Source of the DNA: an uncultured Ruminococcus sp.
Lineage (GTDB): Bacteria; Bacillota; Clostridia; Oscillospirales; CAG-272
DNA length: 64,000 nucleotides
Direction: 5' to 3'
Assembly: GCA_964384555.1 (NCBI GenBank)
Contig: CAYLLA010000001.1
Coordinates: 6,286-70,285, forward strand
In this document: positions 47,305 through 55,630 of the stretch, in pieces
Layout of the letters: every line of letters starts with the position of its first letter
Numbering within the stretch: position 1 is the first letter of the stretch
Made by a program: the position numbers and the translations under genes
Notes under the pieces: model-generated
The model's database searches: none
What the model saw: the letters and a program-made list of their open reading frames with translations, nothing else
What the model was told of the DNA's origin: nothing

Positions 47305-47976
47305 ATGTACAAGATCTTATTGGTAGAGGATGACCCGGGGATAGTTGACCCGCTTACCGACATTTTGCGCGGCGAGGGCTTCGCGGTGACGGTCAGGAGC
47401 GGGCAAACGGAGGCTCTGCGTGCTCTGGAGCAGGGGGCGGTGCCGAATATTGCACTGCTTGATCTTTCGCTGGCGGAGGGCAACGGCTTTTCGCTTTGCA
47501 ACGAGATAAAAAGCAGGTATCGCCTGCCGGTCATATTCTTAACGGCATCGGGGGACGAGGACAGTGTTTGCCGCGGTCTTGAGATTGGGGCTGACGATTA
47601 TATAGCAAAGCCCTTTCGCGCACGCGAGCTGATACAGCGGATAAAAAATGTACTGCGCCGCAGTGAAGGCTCACGCAATGTGATAGAACTTGGGGATATC
47701 TCTGTTGACATCGATAAGGGCAGTGTTTGCAAAAGCGGCGCGGAGATAGCACTATCGGCGCTTGAATATCGCATTCTCCTCGTGTTTTTGTCAAACCGTG
47801 GTCGCCTGCTCTCCCGCGCCCGCCTGCTTGACGAGATATGGGATGCCTCCGGCGATTTTGTAAACGATAACACGCTGACGGTCTATATAAAGCGCCTGCG
47901 CGAAAAGATCGAGGACGATCCGCAGGACCCGCAATTCATAAAAACGATACGCGGTATGGGCTATCGTGTTGACTGA
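47305..47976 (+). CDS. OmpR-family response regulator
   Basis: Start at ATG 47305 (MYKILLVEDD); the track uses a TTG at 47284. Receiver aspartate context is ALLDLSLAEGNG. Winged-helix C-terminus (LSALEYRILLVFL..., RGMGYRV). Confidence 0.92.
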   Translation: MYKILLVEDDPGIVDPLTDILRGEGFAVTVRSGQTEALRALEQGAVPNIALLDLSLAEGNGFSLCNEIKSRYRLPVIFLTASGDEDSVCRGLEIGADDYIAKPFRARELIQRIKNVLRRSEGSRNVIELGDISVDIDKGSVCKSGAEIALSALEYRILLVFLSNRGRLLSRARLLDEIWDASGDFVNDNTLTVYIKRLREKIEDDPQDPQFIKTIRGMGYRVD

Positions 47977-48107
47977 TTTTAAAATGTCCCCACGGGTACA
48001 TTTTAAAACCGGACCGACCAAGCGCGGCTCGCTTGGAAAACTTTTAGTCTTTTAGAAAGGTAGTACCATCCTTGCGGTATGAGCCGCAGAGACGGCAGGT
48101 GTTTTAT

Positions 48108-49103
48108 ATGCGTGACCCGGATCTTTGGCGCAGTGTGGCCGTGCAGGGCGTTCTGCTGGCCGTCAGCACCGCCGCGGGCTTTTTTGTGACCCCCATTGCA
48201 GGTGCGATCATGCTCGCAACCAGCGCGGTGTATATCCTGATCTTTTTGATCTTCACAATACGCCGTAACAATAATATCTCGCGCTTGGCGCAAAGCATAG
48301 ATAGGATACTGCACGGTCAGATGGATATCCTGCCCTCCGAAAGCCGTGAGGGAGAGCTGTCGATCCTTAAGAGCGAGGTCACAAAAATGACCGTCCGCTT
48401 GCGAGAGCAGGCGGATGCACTTAAGCGGGACAAGCTGCGCTTGACAGATGCAATAGCGGATATTTCGCATCAGCTCCGCACACCGCTGACGGCCATGAAC
48501 CTTACGATCTCGCTCCTATCCGAGGAGGATATCACCGACGAGCGGCGGATAAAGCTCACCCGCGATCTTTTGCGCACTCTGCGGCGCGTGGATTGGCTGA
48601 TAGAGGCGTTACTTAAAATGGCAAAGATAGATGCCGGCACGGCGGAGATCCGCTGTGAGCGCGTGAGTGTAGGCGAGCTTGTGCGGCGCGCGCTTGATCC
48701 GTTTCGCATTTCAATGGAGCTTCGCGGGCAGGAGGTGCGCGTGGACATTGGGGACGAGGGCTATCTTGGCGACATGGCATGGAGTGTTGAGGCCATCGGA
48801 AATATTCTGAAAAACTGTATTGAGCATACCCCGGCCGGCGGATATATTGAGATCAGGTCGCAGGAGACCGCGCTCTACACAGAGATAGTCATACGCGACA
48901 GCGGCGAGGGATTTGCCGCGGAGGATATCCCGCACCTGTTTGAGCGGTTTTACAGGGGAAAAAATGCCGATGTCGGCAGTGTCGGTATAGGGCTGGCACT
49001 GGCGCGGTCTGTAATTACCGCGCAAAACGGAACGGTAAAGGCGCAAAACGCCAAGGGCGGCGGCGCGATGTTTACGGTGAAGTTTTACAAGAGCGTTGTG
49101 TGA
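48108..49103 (+). CDS. intramembrane-sensing-type histidine kinase (two adjacent TM helices, no extracytoplasmic domain)
   Basis: Start probably at ATG 48108. VAVQGVLLAVSTAAGFFVTPIAGAIMLATSAVYILIFLIF forms two TM helices with a 2-3 residue loop. H-box ADISHQLRTPL, N-box ILKNCIEHT, G-boxes DSGEGF and GIGLAL. Confidence 0.88.
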   Translation: MRDPDLWRSVAVQGVLLAVSTAAGFFVTPIAGAIMLATSAVYILIFLIFTIRRNNNISRLAQSIDRILHGQMDILPSESREGELSILKSEVTKMTVRLREQADALKRDKLRLTDAIADISHQLRTPLTAMNLTISLLSEEDITDERRIKLTRDLLRTLRRVDWLIEALLKMAKIDAGTAEIRCERVSVGELVRRALDPFRISMELRGQEVRVDIGDEGYLGDMAWSVEAIGNILKNCIEHTPAGGYIEIRSQETALYTEIVIRDSGEGFAAEDIPHLFERFYRGKNADVGSVGIGLALARSVITAQNGTVKAQNAKGGGAMFTVKFYKSVV

Positions 49104-49175
49104 CAGAGACGGCCGAGCCGCGAGGCCTGCCCGATACACCCGCAGCACAAGATATCAAATATGATAAAAAAGTCC

Positions 49176-49234
49176 CTCCGGTGACGATTCTCTTATCGAT
49201 CTGTCACCGGAGTGTCACTTTATTTTGCTATAAT
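49176..49234 (+). promoter_or_regulatory. hairpin plus TGTCAC direct repeats and an extended -10: candidate response-regulator-dependent promoter of the ABC operon
   Basis: A perfect 10-bp stem: ctccggtgac (49176-49185) with gtcaccggag (49203-49212). TGTCAC occurs at 49202-49207 and 49213-49218, 11 nt apart. TGcTATAAT lies at 49226-49234. There is no recognisable -35 hexamer. Confidence 0.5.
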
Positions 49235-49311
49235 TCTAACGTCAGAGGATGAGAGTGCCCCAAACAGACGGCGCCGTGGGCATCACCGAGTCCTGAAGAG
49301 AGGAGAAGCAA

Positions 49312-50004
49312 ATGGAGATACTTAAAGTTGAGCATTTAAAGAAAATATACGGTAAGGGAGATAACGAGGTCAGGGCGGTGGACGATGTTTCGTTTTCAGT
49401 CGAGAAAGGCGAGTTTGTTGCCATTATCGGGCCGTCAGGCTCAGGCAAATCGACCCTGCTTCACATATTGGGCGGCGTGGACCGTCCCACAAGCGGTAAG
49501 GTATATATGAACGGGCAGGATGTCTACGCACAAAACGAGGATCAGCTTGCCATCTTCCGCCGCCGCGAGGTGGGGCTTATATATCAGTTTTACAATCTGA
49601 TCCCGGTGCTTGATGTTGTGGAGAATATCACCCTGCCGGTGCTGATGGACGGCAGAAAGATAAATGAGGAGCGCCTTGACGAGCTGTTGCGCATCCTGGG
49701 GCTGTCTGGCAGGCGCAAAAATCTGCCCAATCAGCTGTCGGGCGGCCAACAGCAGCGTGTGTCGATCGGTCGCGCACTCATGAACGCACCCGCTGTGGTC
49801 TTGGCGGATGAGCCTACCGGCAACCTTGATTCGCAAAACAGCCGCGATATTTTGGAGCTTTTGCGGCTTTCAAATCAAAAATACGACCAGACGCTTATCA
49901 TCATAACGCATGATGAGGATATTGCCCTGCGCGCCGACCGCGTGATAGCAATAGAGGATGGCAGGATAGTGCGCGACGAGCGCATAAGGGAGCGCGGACA
50001 ATGA
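49312..50004 (+). CDS. MacB/BceA-type ABC transporter ATP-binding protein
   Basis: Walker A GPSGSGKST, signature LSGGQQQRVSIGRAL, Walker B VLADEPTGNLD. The stop overlaps the permease start. Confidence 0.93.
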   Translation: MEILKVEHLKKIYGKGDNEVRAVDDVSFSVEKGEFVAIIGPSGSGKSTLLHILGGVDRPTSGKVYMNGQDVYAQNEDQLAIFRRREVGLIYQFYNLIPVLDVVENITLPVLMDGRKINEERLDELLRILGLSGRRKNLPNQLSGGQQQRVSIGRALMNAPAVVLADEPTGNLDSQNSRDILELLRLSNQKYDQTLIIITHDEDIALRADRVIAIEDGRIVRDERIRERGQ

Positions 50005-52898
50005 ACATTTTTCAAAAATTCACATTGCGCGCGCTCAAAAAGAACCGCGTGCGCACGCTGGTGACCATCATAGGGATAATAATCTCCATGGCCATGTTTA
50101 CCGCCGTTGTTGAATCAGTCTACAGCGCCGTACAGTTTCTCATCCGCAACGAGGAGGCCGCATCCGGTGCTTTCCATGGTTATTATAACGATATGACCGC
50201 AGGTGAGGCGGAAGTGCTTGCGGAGCAAAAGGGAATAGACAAAACATCAAAGCTGCGCACCGTTGGGTGGTCCATGATACGCCGCGATGATACCTACAAG
50301 CCATATATCCTTATATGCGCGGCGGATGAGAATATTGACGAGCTGATATCGGTGCGGATGCTGGACGGCCGCATGCCGCAAAACGAAAACGAGATAGCGC
50401 TCCCGGTTCATCTTTTGAGCGCTTATTCGGATGGGGTAAAGATAGGGGATACGCTGACTCTGTCCGTCGGTCGGCGCGTGAGTGAGGATGGCGATACCCT
50501 CGGTGCCAATGACTATCTTCTTTACAAGGTCAAGACCGATGATACGCCGAGCAGATCCGACGGATCGAAGGAATCGGATGGATCGAATGGTACGGACGAG
50601 TCGGGCAAGATCACGGATGTCTCTGACTACAGGATCCAGTGGCAGGAATCGATAGTGGATACAAAGGATATCAACTATACAGTTGTCGGCATATTCGAAC
50701 GGCTTGACCGCACTATCGAATATTACGATTCACCCGGGTATACTGCGCTGACATACGATGGCGGCGCGTCGGGCGGAGCGGATACAGATGCCTATGCTGA
50801 CAGCTATCGTGTCTTCTTTACGGTGGATGATCCGCGCGGCTTTGATAAATATGTTGCCGCGCATCCGCAAAACTGTGATCTCCGCCGCCATGGTAACCTG
50901 CTGAATTATTACGGCTCATTTGCCAACAGCAGTATATCACAGGTTGCAACAGGCATGGTGACGGTGCTGTTTTTGCTTATCTTTTTCGGTTCCGTCTCGC
51001 TGATATACAACTCGTTTTCAATATCCGTCGGCGAGCGCACACGGCAGTTCGGAATGCTCAAATCCGTTGGCGCAACGGGGCGGCAGATCCGCGGCAGTGT
51101 GATATTTGAGGTGCTCGTGCTGTGCGGTGTGGGCATTCCCCTTGGTATGATAGCCGGATGCGTGGGCATTGGCGTGACATTTTGGTGCCTCAAGGATCAG
51201 TTTGGCTTTTTGGCAAGCTCTGCGACCGCGGCGGACGGTTTGGTTGAGATGCACCTTGCCATAACCCCGGCGGGACTGCTGCTGGCCGCGCTGGTGTGCT
51301 TGTTTACCGCTCTCGTCTCGGCATGGATCCCCGCTCTCCGCGCCATGAAGCTCTCGCCGGTCGAGGCGATACGTCAAAGTGCGGATGTAAAGCTTCGCCG
51401 CCGAGATGTGCGCTCCTCACCCGTCACCAAATTGCTGTTTGGCTTTGAGGGCATGATGGCCGCCAAAAACTTTTCGCGCAACCGCAAAAGATATCGCTCA
51501 ACGGTCATATCTATCTTTTTGAGCGTTACGCTGTTCGTCTCGGCATCATCCTTCTGCGCGTATCTTACCGATGCGGCGGGCACGTACAGCACCAATGAGG
51601 GGATAGATCTGGGCTACAACCACTGGGAGACTGCCGATAGTGTTGATGACACCCCCACCGCCGATGAGATGTACGAAAAGCTTTGCGCCGTGGAGGGCGT
51701 GCGGCAGAGTACCAAATACAAGTTTTCAATGTTTGATTTTAAGCTCTCACGCGCGGATGCCGACCCACGGCTCATTAAAAACGCAGCGATCTTTAATGCT
51801 GAGGAGGTAGGGGATGATGCATTCTTTATGTCGGGCTATGTTGTTTTCCTTGATGACGATAGCTTTCGTGAGTTTTGCACCCAAAACAAGCTGAACGCCG
51901 ATGCGTATTATGACAGCGAGGCTCCGCAGGCCATCCTTTGCGGTGATCTTAAGGTCAAGAATTATGAAAACGGCGCATCGCACATCTACAAAACGAGCGT
52001 TGTAAAGTCTGAATCACTGCCGCTTACGGTAAATGTTAAGTCATATCGCACCATCGACGGCTACAGTCTGATCGAGACGCGGGAGGATGACTCCGGCAAG
52101 GAGACATATTATTATTACGATATTGCATATGTCAAGGAGGTGCAGGAGAGCGGCGAGGGATATGACCGCTCAAAGGCCATAGCCCTCAGCGAGGATGAAG
52201 CGATCGTGGATATCCCGGTGCGCGTTGCGGCGGCGACCGAGGCGCGCCCGATGGTAGCGGATATCGCAGGGGAGATGTGCTTTGTTTACCCGCTTTCAAT
52301 GCATGATGCGCTGTACCGTGATGTCTTTAACATAAACACAATAACCTCACAGCGCACCAGCTTTGCCTTTGCGGTGGATGACTATAAGATTGCCGCCGAG
52401 GATATGCGCAGGATACTGATATCAAACGGTATAGATGAGGCGTATCTTTATAATTATTCTGCGGAGCTTGAATCCGAGCGCATGCTCGTCAGGGTCATAA
52501 ATGTGTTTGCGTGGGGCTTTATAGTGCTTATATCCATGATATCGATGGTCAATATGTTCAACACCATCTCCACCAACATTCTTTTGAGGCGGCGCGAGTT
52601 TGCAATGCTGCGCTCTGTCGGTATGACGAGCCGTGGGCTTAAAAAGATGATGAACTATGAGTGCATCAAATACGGCGCAAAGGGCCTGATCCTTGGACTG
52701 CCGACGGCGCTGGCGATCACCTTTGTGATATACAATATCAATCAAACGGCATACAGTGCGGAGTTTTATGTTCCGTGGTACAGCATCGTCATAGCTATAG
52801 TCAGTGTGTTTTTGGTGGTGTTTGCCACAATGCTCTATACCATGCGCATGATACGCGATGATAATACCATCGATGCGCTTAAAAACGAGAATCTTTGA
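50001..52898 (+). CDS. tandem-FtsX ABC transporter permease (two FtsX modules, two large extracytoplasmic domains)
   Basis: 965 aa. FtsX signature 1 is ERTRQFGMLKSVGATGRQ. A second C-terminal module has RRREFAMLRSVGMTSR. Each follows a TM segment and a loop of about 270-330 aa. Confidence 0.88.
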   Translation: MNIFQKFTLRALKKNRVRTLVTIIGIIISMAMFTAVVESVYSAVQFLIRNEEAASGAFHGYYNDMTAGEAEVLAEQKGIDKTSKLRTVGWSMIRRDDTYKPYILICAADENIDELISVRMLDGRMPQNENEIALPVHLLSAYSDGVKIGDTLTLSVGRRVSEDGDTLGANDYLLYKVKTDDTPSRSDGSKESDGSNGTDESGKITDVSDYRIQWQESIVDTKDINYTVVGIFERLDRTIEYYDSPGYTALTYDGGASGGADTDAYADSYRVFFTVDDPRGFDKYVAAHPQNCDLRRHGNLLNYYGSFANSSISQVATGMVTVLFLLIFFGSVSLIYNSFSISVGERTRQFGMLKSVGATGRQIRGSVIFEVLVLCGVGIPLGMIAGCVGIGVTFWCLKDQFGFLASSATAADGLVEMHLAITPAGLLLAALVCLFTALVSAWIPALRAMKLSPVEAIRQSADVKLRRRDVRSSPVTKLLFGFEGMMAAKNFSRNRKRYRSTVISIFLSVTLFVSASSFCAYLTDAAGTYSTNEGIDLGYNHWETADSVDDTPTADEMYEKLCAVEGVRQSTKYKFSMFDFKLSRADADPRLIKNAAIFNAEEVGDDAFFMSGYVVFLDDDSFREFCTQNKLNADAYYDSEAPQAILCGDLKVKNYENGASHIYKTSVVKSESLPLTVNVKSYRTIDGYSLIETREDDSGKETYYYYDIAYVKEVQESGEGYDRSKAIALSEDEAIVDIPVRVAAATEARPMVADIAGEMCFVYPLSMHDALYRDVFNINTITSQRTSFAFAVDDYKIAAEDMRRILISNGIDEAYLYNYSAELESERMLVRVINVFAWGFIVLISMISMVNMFNTISTNILLRRREFAMLRSVGMTSRGLKKMMNYECIKYGAKGLILGLPTALAITFVIYNINQTAYSAEFYVPWYSIVIAIVSVFLVVFATMLYTMRMIRDDNTIDALKNENL

Positions 52899-52907
52899 TA
52901 AAAAAAC

Positions 52908-52936
52908 TTGACATCCGCGCGGCATGATGGTATAAT
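52908..52936 (+). promoter_or_regulatory. consensus promoter of asnA
   Basis: TTGACA (52908-52913), 17-nt spacer, TATAAT (52931-52936) with TGg. Confidence 0.7.
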
Positions 52937-52991
52937 AACTTATATTTTTTATCGCGCAAGCCGCGTAAAGCTTAAAACCGAGGTGATATTC

Positions 52992-53996
52992 ATGCCGCTT
53001 ATACTCCCCAAGGGGTAACAGTCAAGTCTTACAGCAAGACAAACGCAGATAGCTATCAAAAAGGTCAAGGACTTTTTCCAGACCGATCTTGCCAATCAGC
53101 TCAATCTGCGCCGTGTCTCCGCTCCCGTGTTCGTTGATTCGTCCACAGGACTTAACGATGATCTGAGCGGTATCGAGCGCCCGGTGTCCTTTGATATGAA
53201 AAACTGCGAGGGCAGGTTTGAGGTCGTTCATTCGCTGGCAAAATGGAAGCGCTATGCGCTTAAAAAATACGGCTTTGCACCCGGTGAGGGGCTTTATACC
53301 GATATGAACGCCATTCGCCGCGATGAGGAGACGGATAACATCCATTCTGTCTTTGTTGATCAGTGGGACTGGGAAAAGGTCATCCTCAGATCCGAACGCA
53401 CGCGCGAGGTGTTGCATTCCACCGTAAGATATATATATGATGCCTTGCGCCAAACAGAGAATTATATTGCCGATGACTATAATTTTATAGGTCACCTCCT
53501 GCCGCCCGAGATCACCTTTGTGACCACGCGCGAGCTTGAGGCGAGATATCCGGACCTTTCGCCCAAGGAGCGCGAATATCGCGCGGCGCGAGAATACGGC
53601 GCAGTGTTTTTGGAGGGTATAGGCGGTGCGCTGGCATCCGGCCGCCCGCATGACGGCCGCGCTCCCGACTATGATGACTGGGAGCTTAACGGTGATATCA
53701 TCGTTTACTATCCGGTGCTTGATATCTCGCTTGAGCTGTCAAGCATGGGCATTCGCGTGGACGAGGATGCCATGCGCCGCCAGTTGGCGGTGGCAGGTTG
53801 TCCCGAGCGTGCCTCACTGCCGTTCCATCGCGCCCTGCTTGCGGGCGAGCTGCCTTATTCGATAGGCGGCGGCATCGGTCAATCAAGGATATGCATGTTC
53901 TTCTTGCGCAAGGCGCACATCGGCGAGGTTCAGGCTTCCTGCTGGCCGTCTGCCGAGGTCGAGGCATGCGAGCGGGCCGGCATATACCTGCTGTGA
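52992..53996 (+). pseudogene. asnA: aspartate--ammonia ligase with an in-frame TAA at codon 9
   Basis: ATG 52992 sits behind a GAGGTG RBS and reads MPLILPKG, then TAA (53016-53018), then continues in the same frame. That continuation reads QSSLTARQTQIAIKKVKDFFQTDLANQLNLRRVSAPVFVDSSTGLNDDLSG..., which is canonical AsnA N-terminal sequence. The track ORF starts only at GTG 53127. Confidence 0.85.
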
Positions 53997-54064
53997 TCGG
54001 GTGGGTCGATTGCGTTGCTGCCCCAAAAATAAAGATCAAAAAGAATAAAGATCAATAAATAAAG

Positions 54065-54109
54065 ATCGGCACCGCACACATTACACTGTGCGGTGCCGAT
54101 CGACTTTTT
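54065..54109. terminator. bidirectional terminator between asnA (+) and ttcA-like (-)
   Basis: atcggcaccgcaca (54065-54078) pairs with tgtgcggtgccgat (54087-54100), followed by cgacttttt. Confidence 0.8.
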
Positions 54110-54112
54110 GTT

Positions 54113-54889
54113 TTATTGGTTTTCGTCTGTATCATCGGAATATATCTTTATCCCGGACATTCTCCGTCCCGTGTCCTTAAAGCCGTCTATCTCGCGGCGC
54201 TGTATCGCACCGTATATGCGATATTTCAGCCCGCGGTTCTCGCGGTCGAGCCGTGCCAAAAATTGCTTCATTTCCTCCCGCTCGGTGTTTTTGTCGGCGG
54301 GGCAGGTGGAGGTAACTATCGGCAGTGCCTCCTTTTTGGCAAAATAGCGAATGTCCTTTTCGGGCATGTATATCATGGGCCTTATCACAGTAACATTTGT
54401 GCGGGAAAGATATGTAACAGGGCTGAAAACGCCTATCCTGCCCTCGTAAAACAGATTGAGCATAAAGGTCTCAACAACATCGTCAAAGTGATGCCCAAGG
54501 GCTACTTTGTTGCACCCAAGCCTTGCGGCGGCATTGTTCACCGCGCCGCGGCGCATTTTTGCGCAAAGCGAGCAGGGGTTATGCTCGCGCCGATACTCAA
54601 ACACCACCTGCGCAATATCCGATGGTATCAGGTGATACTCCACACCAAGCTCACGGCAATACTCGGCAATGGGAGTAAAATCCATTCCCTCAAAGCCCAT
54701 GTCTATGCTGATGCCCAAAAGCTCATAGCGGCGGGGATAAAACCGCCGCATCTCCGCAAGGGCTGTCAGCAGTGTCATCGAGTCCTTGCCGCCGGATATT
54801 CCAACGGCTATCCTGTCGCCGTCCTCTATCATATTATAATCGTCGCATGCGCGGCGAACATAGCTGAGAATTCTTTTTGTGTCGCTCAT
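54113..54889 (-). CDS. ttcA: TtcA-family tRNA 2-thiocytidine synthetase / PP-loop ATPase
   Basis: 258 aa. PP-loop GISGGKDS, CSLCAKMRRG and a C-terminal CPA motif. Confidence 0.82.
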   Translation of the reverse strand: MSDTKRILSYVRRACDDYNMIEDGDRIAVGISGGKDSMTLLTALAEMRRFYPRRYELLGISIDMGFEGMDFTPIAEYCRELGVEYHLIPSDIAQVVFEYRREHNPCSLCAKMRRGAVNNAAARLGCNKVALGHHFDDVVETFMLNLFYEGRIGVFSPVTYLSRTNVTVIRPMIYMPEKDIRYFAKKEALPIVTSTCPADKNTEREEMKQFLARLDRENRGLKYRIYGAIQRREIDGFKDTGRRMSGIKIYSDDTDENQ

Positions 54890-55557
54890 TTTATAAATAA
54901 CAGCTCCTCAAGCTTTGATATGCTATCAAGATAGCAGTCGCTCTCCCGCCTCATAAAGCTCTCTATCCCGCGGCTTTGGCATGCCCAGCCTGCGGCGGCA
55001 AAGCACACGCCTGCGGCACGAGCCATATCAAGCCCCGGCTTTAGGTCATCCACCATTAAAAGCTCATCGGCGCGGTAGCCCATTTTTTTCATAATGTCAA
55101 GGAGAGGATAGGGGTCGGGCTTGCGCCTCCCCTCGCCAAGCTCCCACGCGTAAACGCCATCGGGCAGCATGTCAAAATTATGCCGCCAGTCGCGCAGGAT
55201 GTTATCGGTATAGGAGTGGGATACCACAAACACCGTCCCGCCCGCCGCGTGGTGCTTTTTTATAATCGCCTCAAGCCCGGGCACAGCCTCGGGGATCGTT
55301 TGTTTGACAAAGCTCTGCCAGTTTGAAAATTCAAAGCGCATCTCATCGTCGGTAAAGCCGAGTATCTGCCTAAAGAACGGCTCAAAGCCGGGGTCAAAGC
55401 AGTAGTCTATAAATGTTTCGTAGTCATAGTGCGGCGCATTAGGCCTCAGCTTTGACATGGTGTCAAGAAATGCGGGGTAGTTGACCTGCGGGGTGGAGAG
55501 CACCGTGGTGTCATCATGGTCAAGTACAAGGCAGGGGTAGCGAAGCTTTGATATCAT
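54886..55557 (-). CDS. HAD-superfamily hydrolase
   Basis: Start taken at ATG 55557 (MISKLRYPCLVLDHDDTTV). The track start at 55653 would overlap the upstream gene. The DxD-type motif is LVLDHDDT, and the C-terminus has VDDLKPG. Confidence 0.65.
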   Translation of the reverse strand: MISKLRYPCLVLDHDDTTVLSTPQVNYPAFLDTMSKLRPNAPHYDYETFIDYCFDPGFEPFFRQILGFTDDEMRFEFSNWQSFVKQTIPEAVPGLEAIIKKHHAAGGTVFVVSHSYTDNILRDWRHNFDMLPDGVYAWELGEGRRKPDPYPLLDIMKKMGYRADELLMVDDLKPGLDMARAAGVCFAAAGWACQSRGIESFMRRESDCYLDSISKLEELLFIK

Positions 55558-55630
55558 ATGGCGTGTATCCTTTGCTTTTTTACTCGTATCGTTTTTTTGT
55601 TCGTTGGTCGGTGTTGCCGTTAGTACGGGA

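Noticed and set aside
53016-53018. Stop-codon reassignment or an alternative genetic code as the explanation for the in-frame TAA in asnA.
   Set aside because: TAA is used as a genuine terminator by other genes in this window, for example valS at 235-237 and ferredoxin at 56550-56552. A point mutation or a base-call error is simpler.
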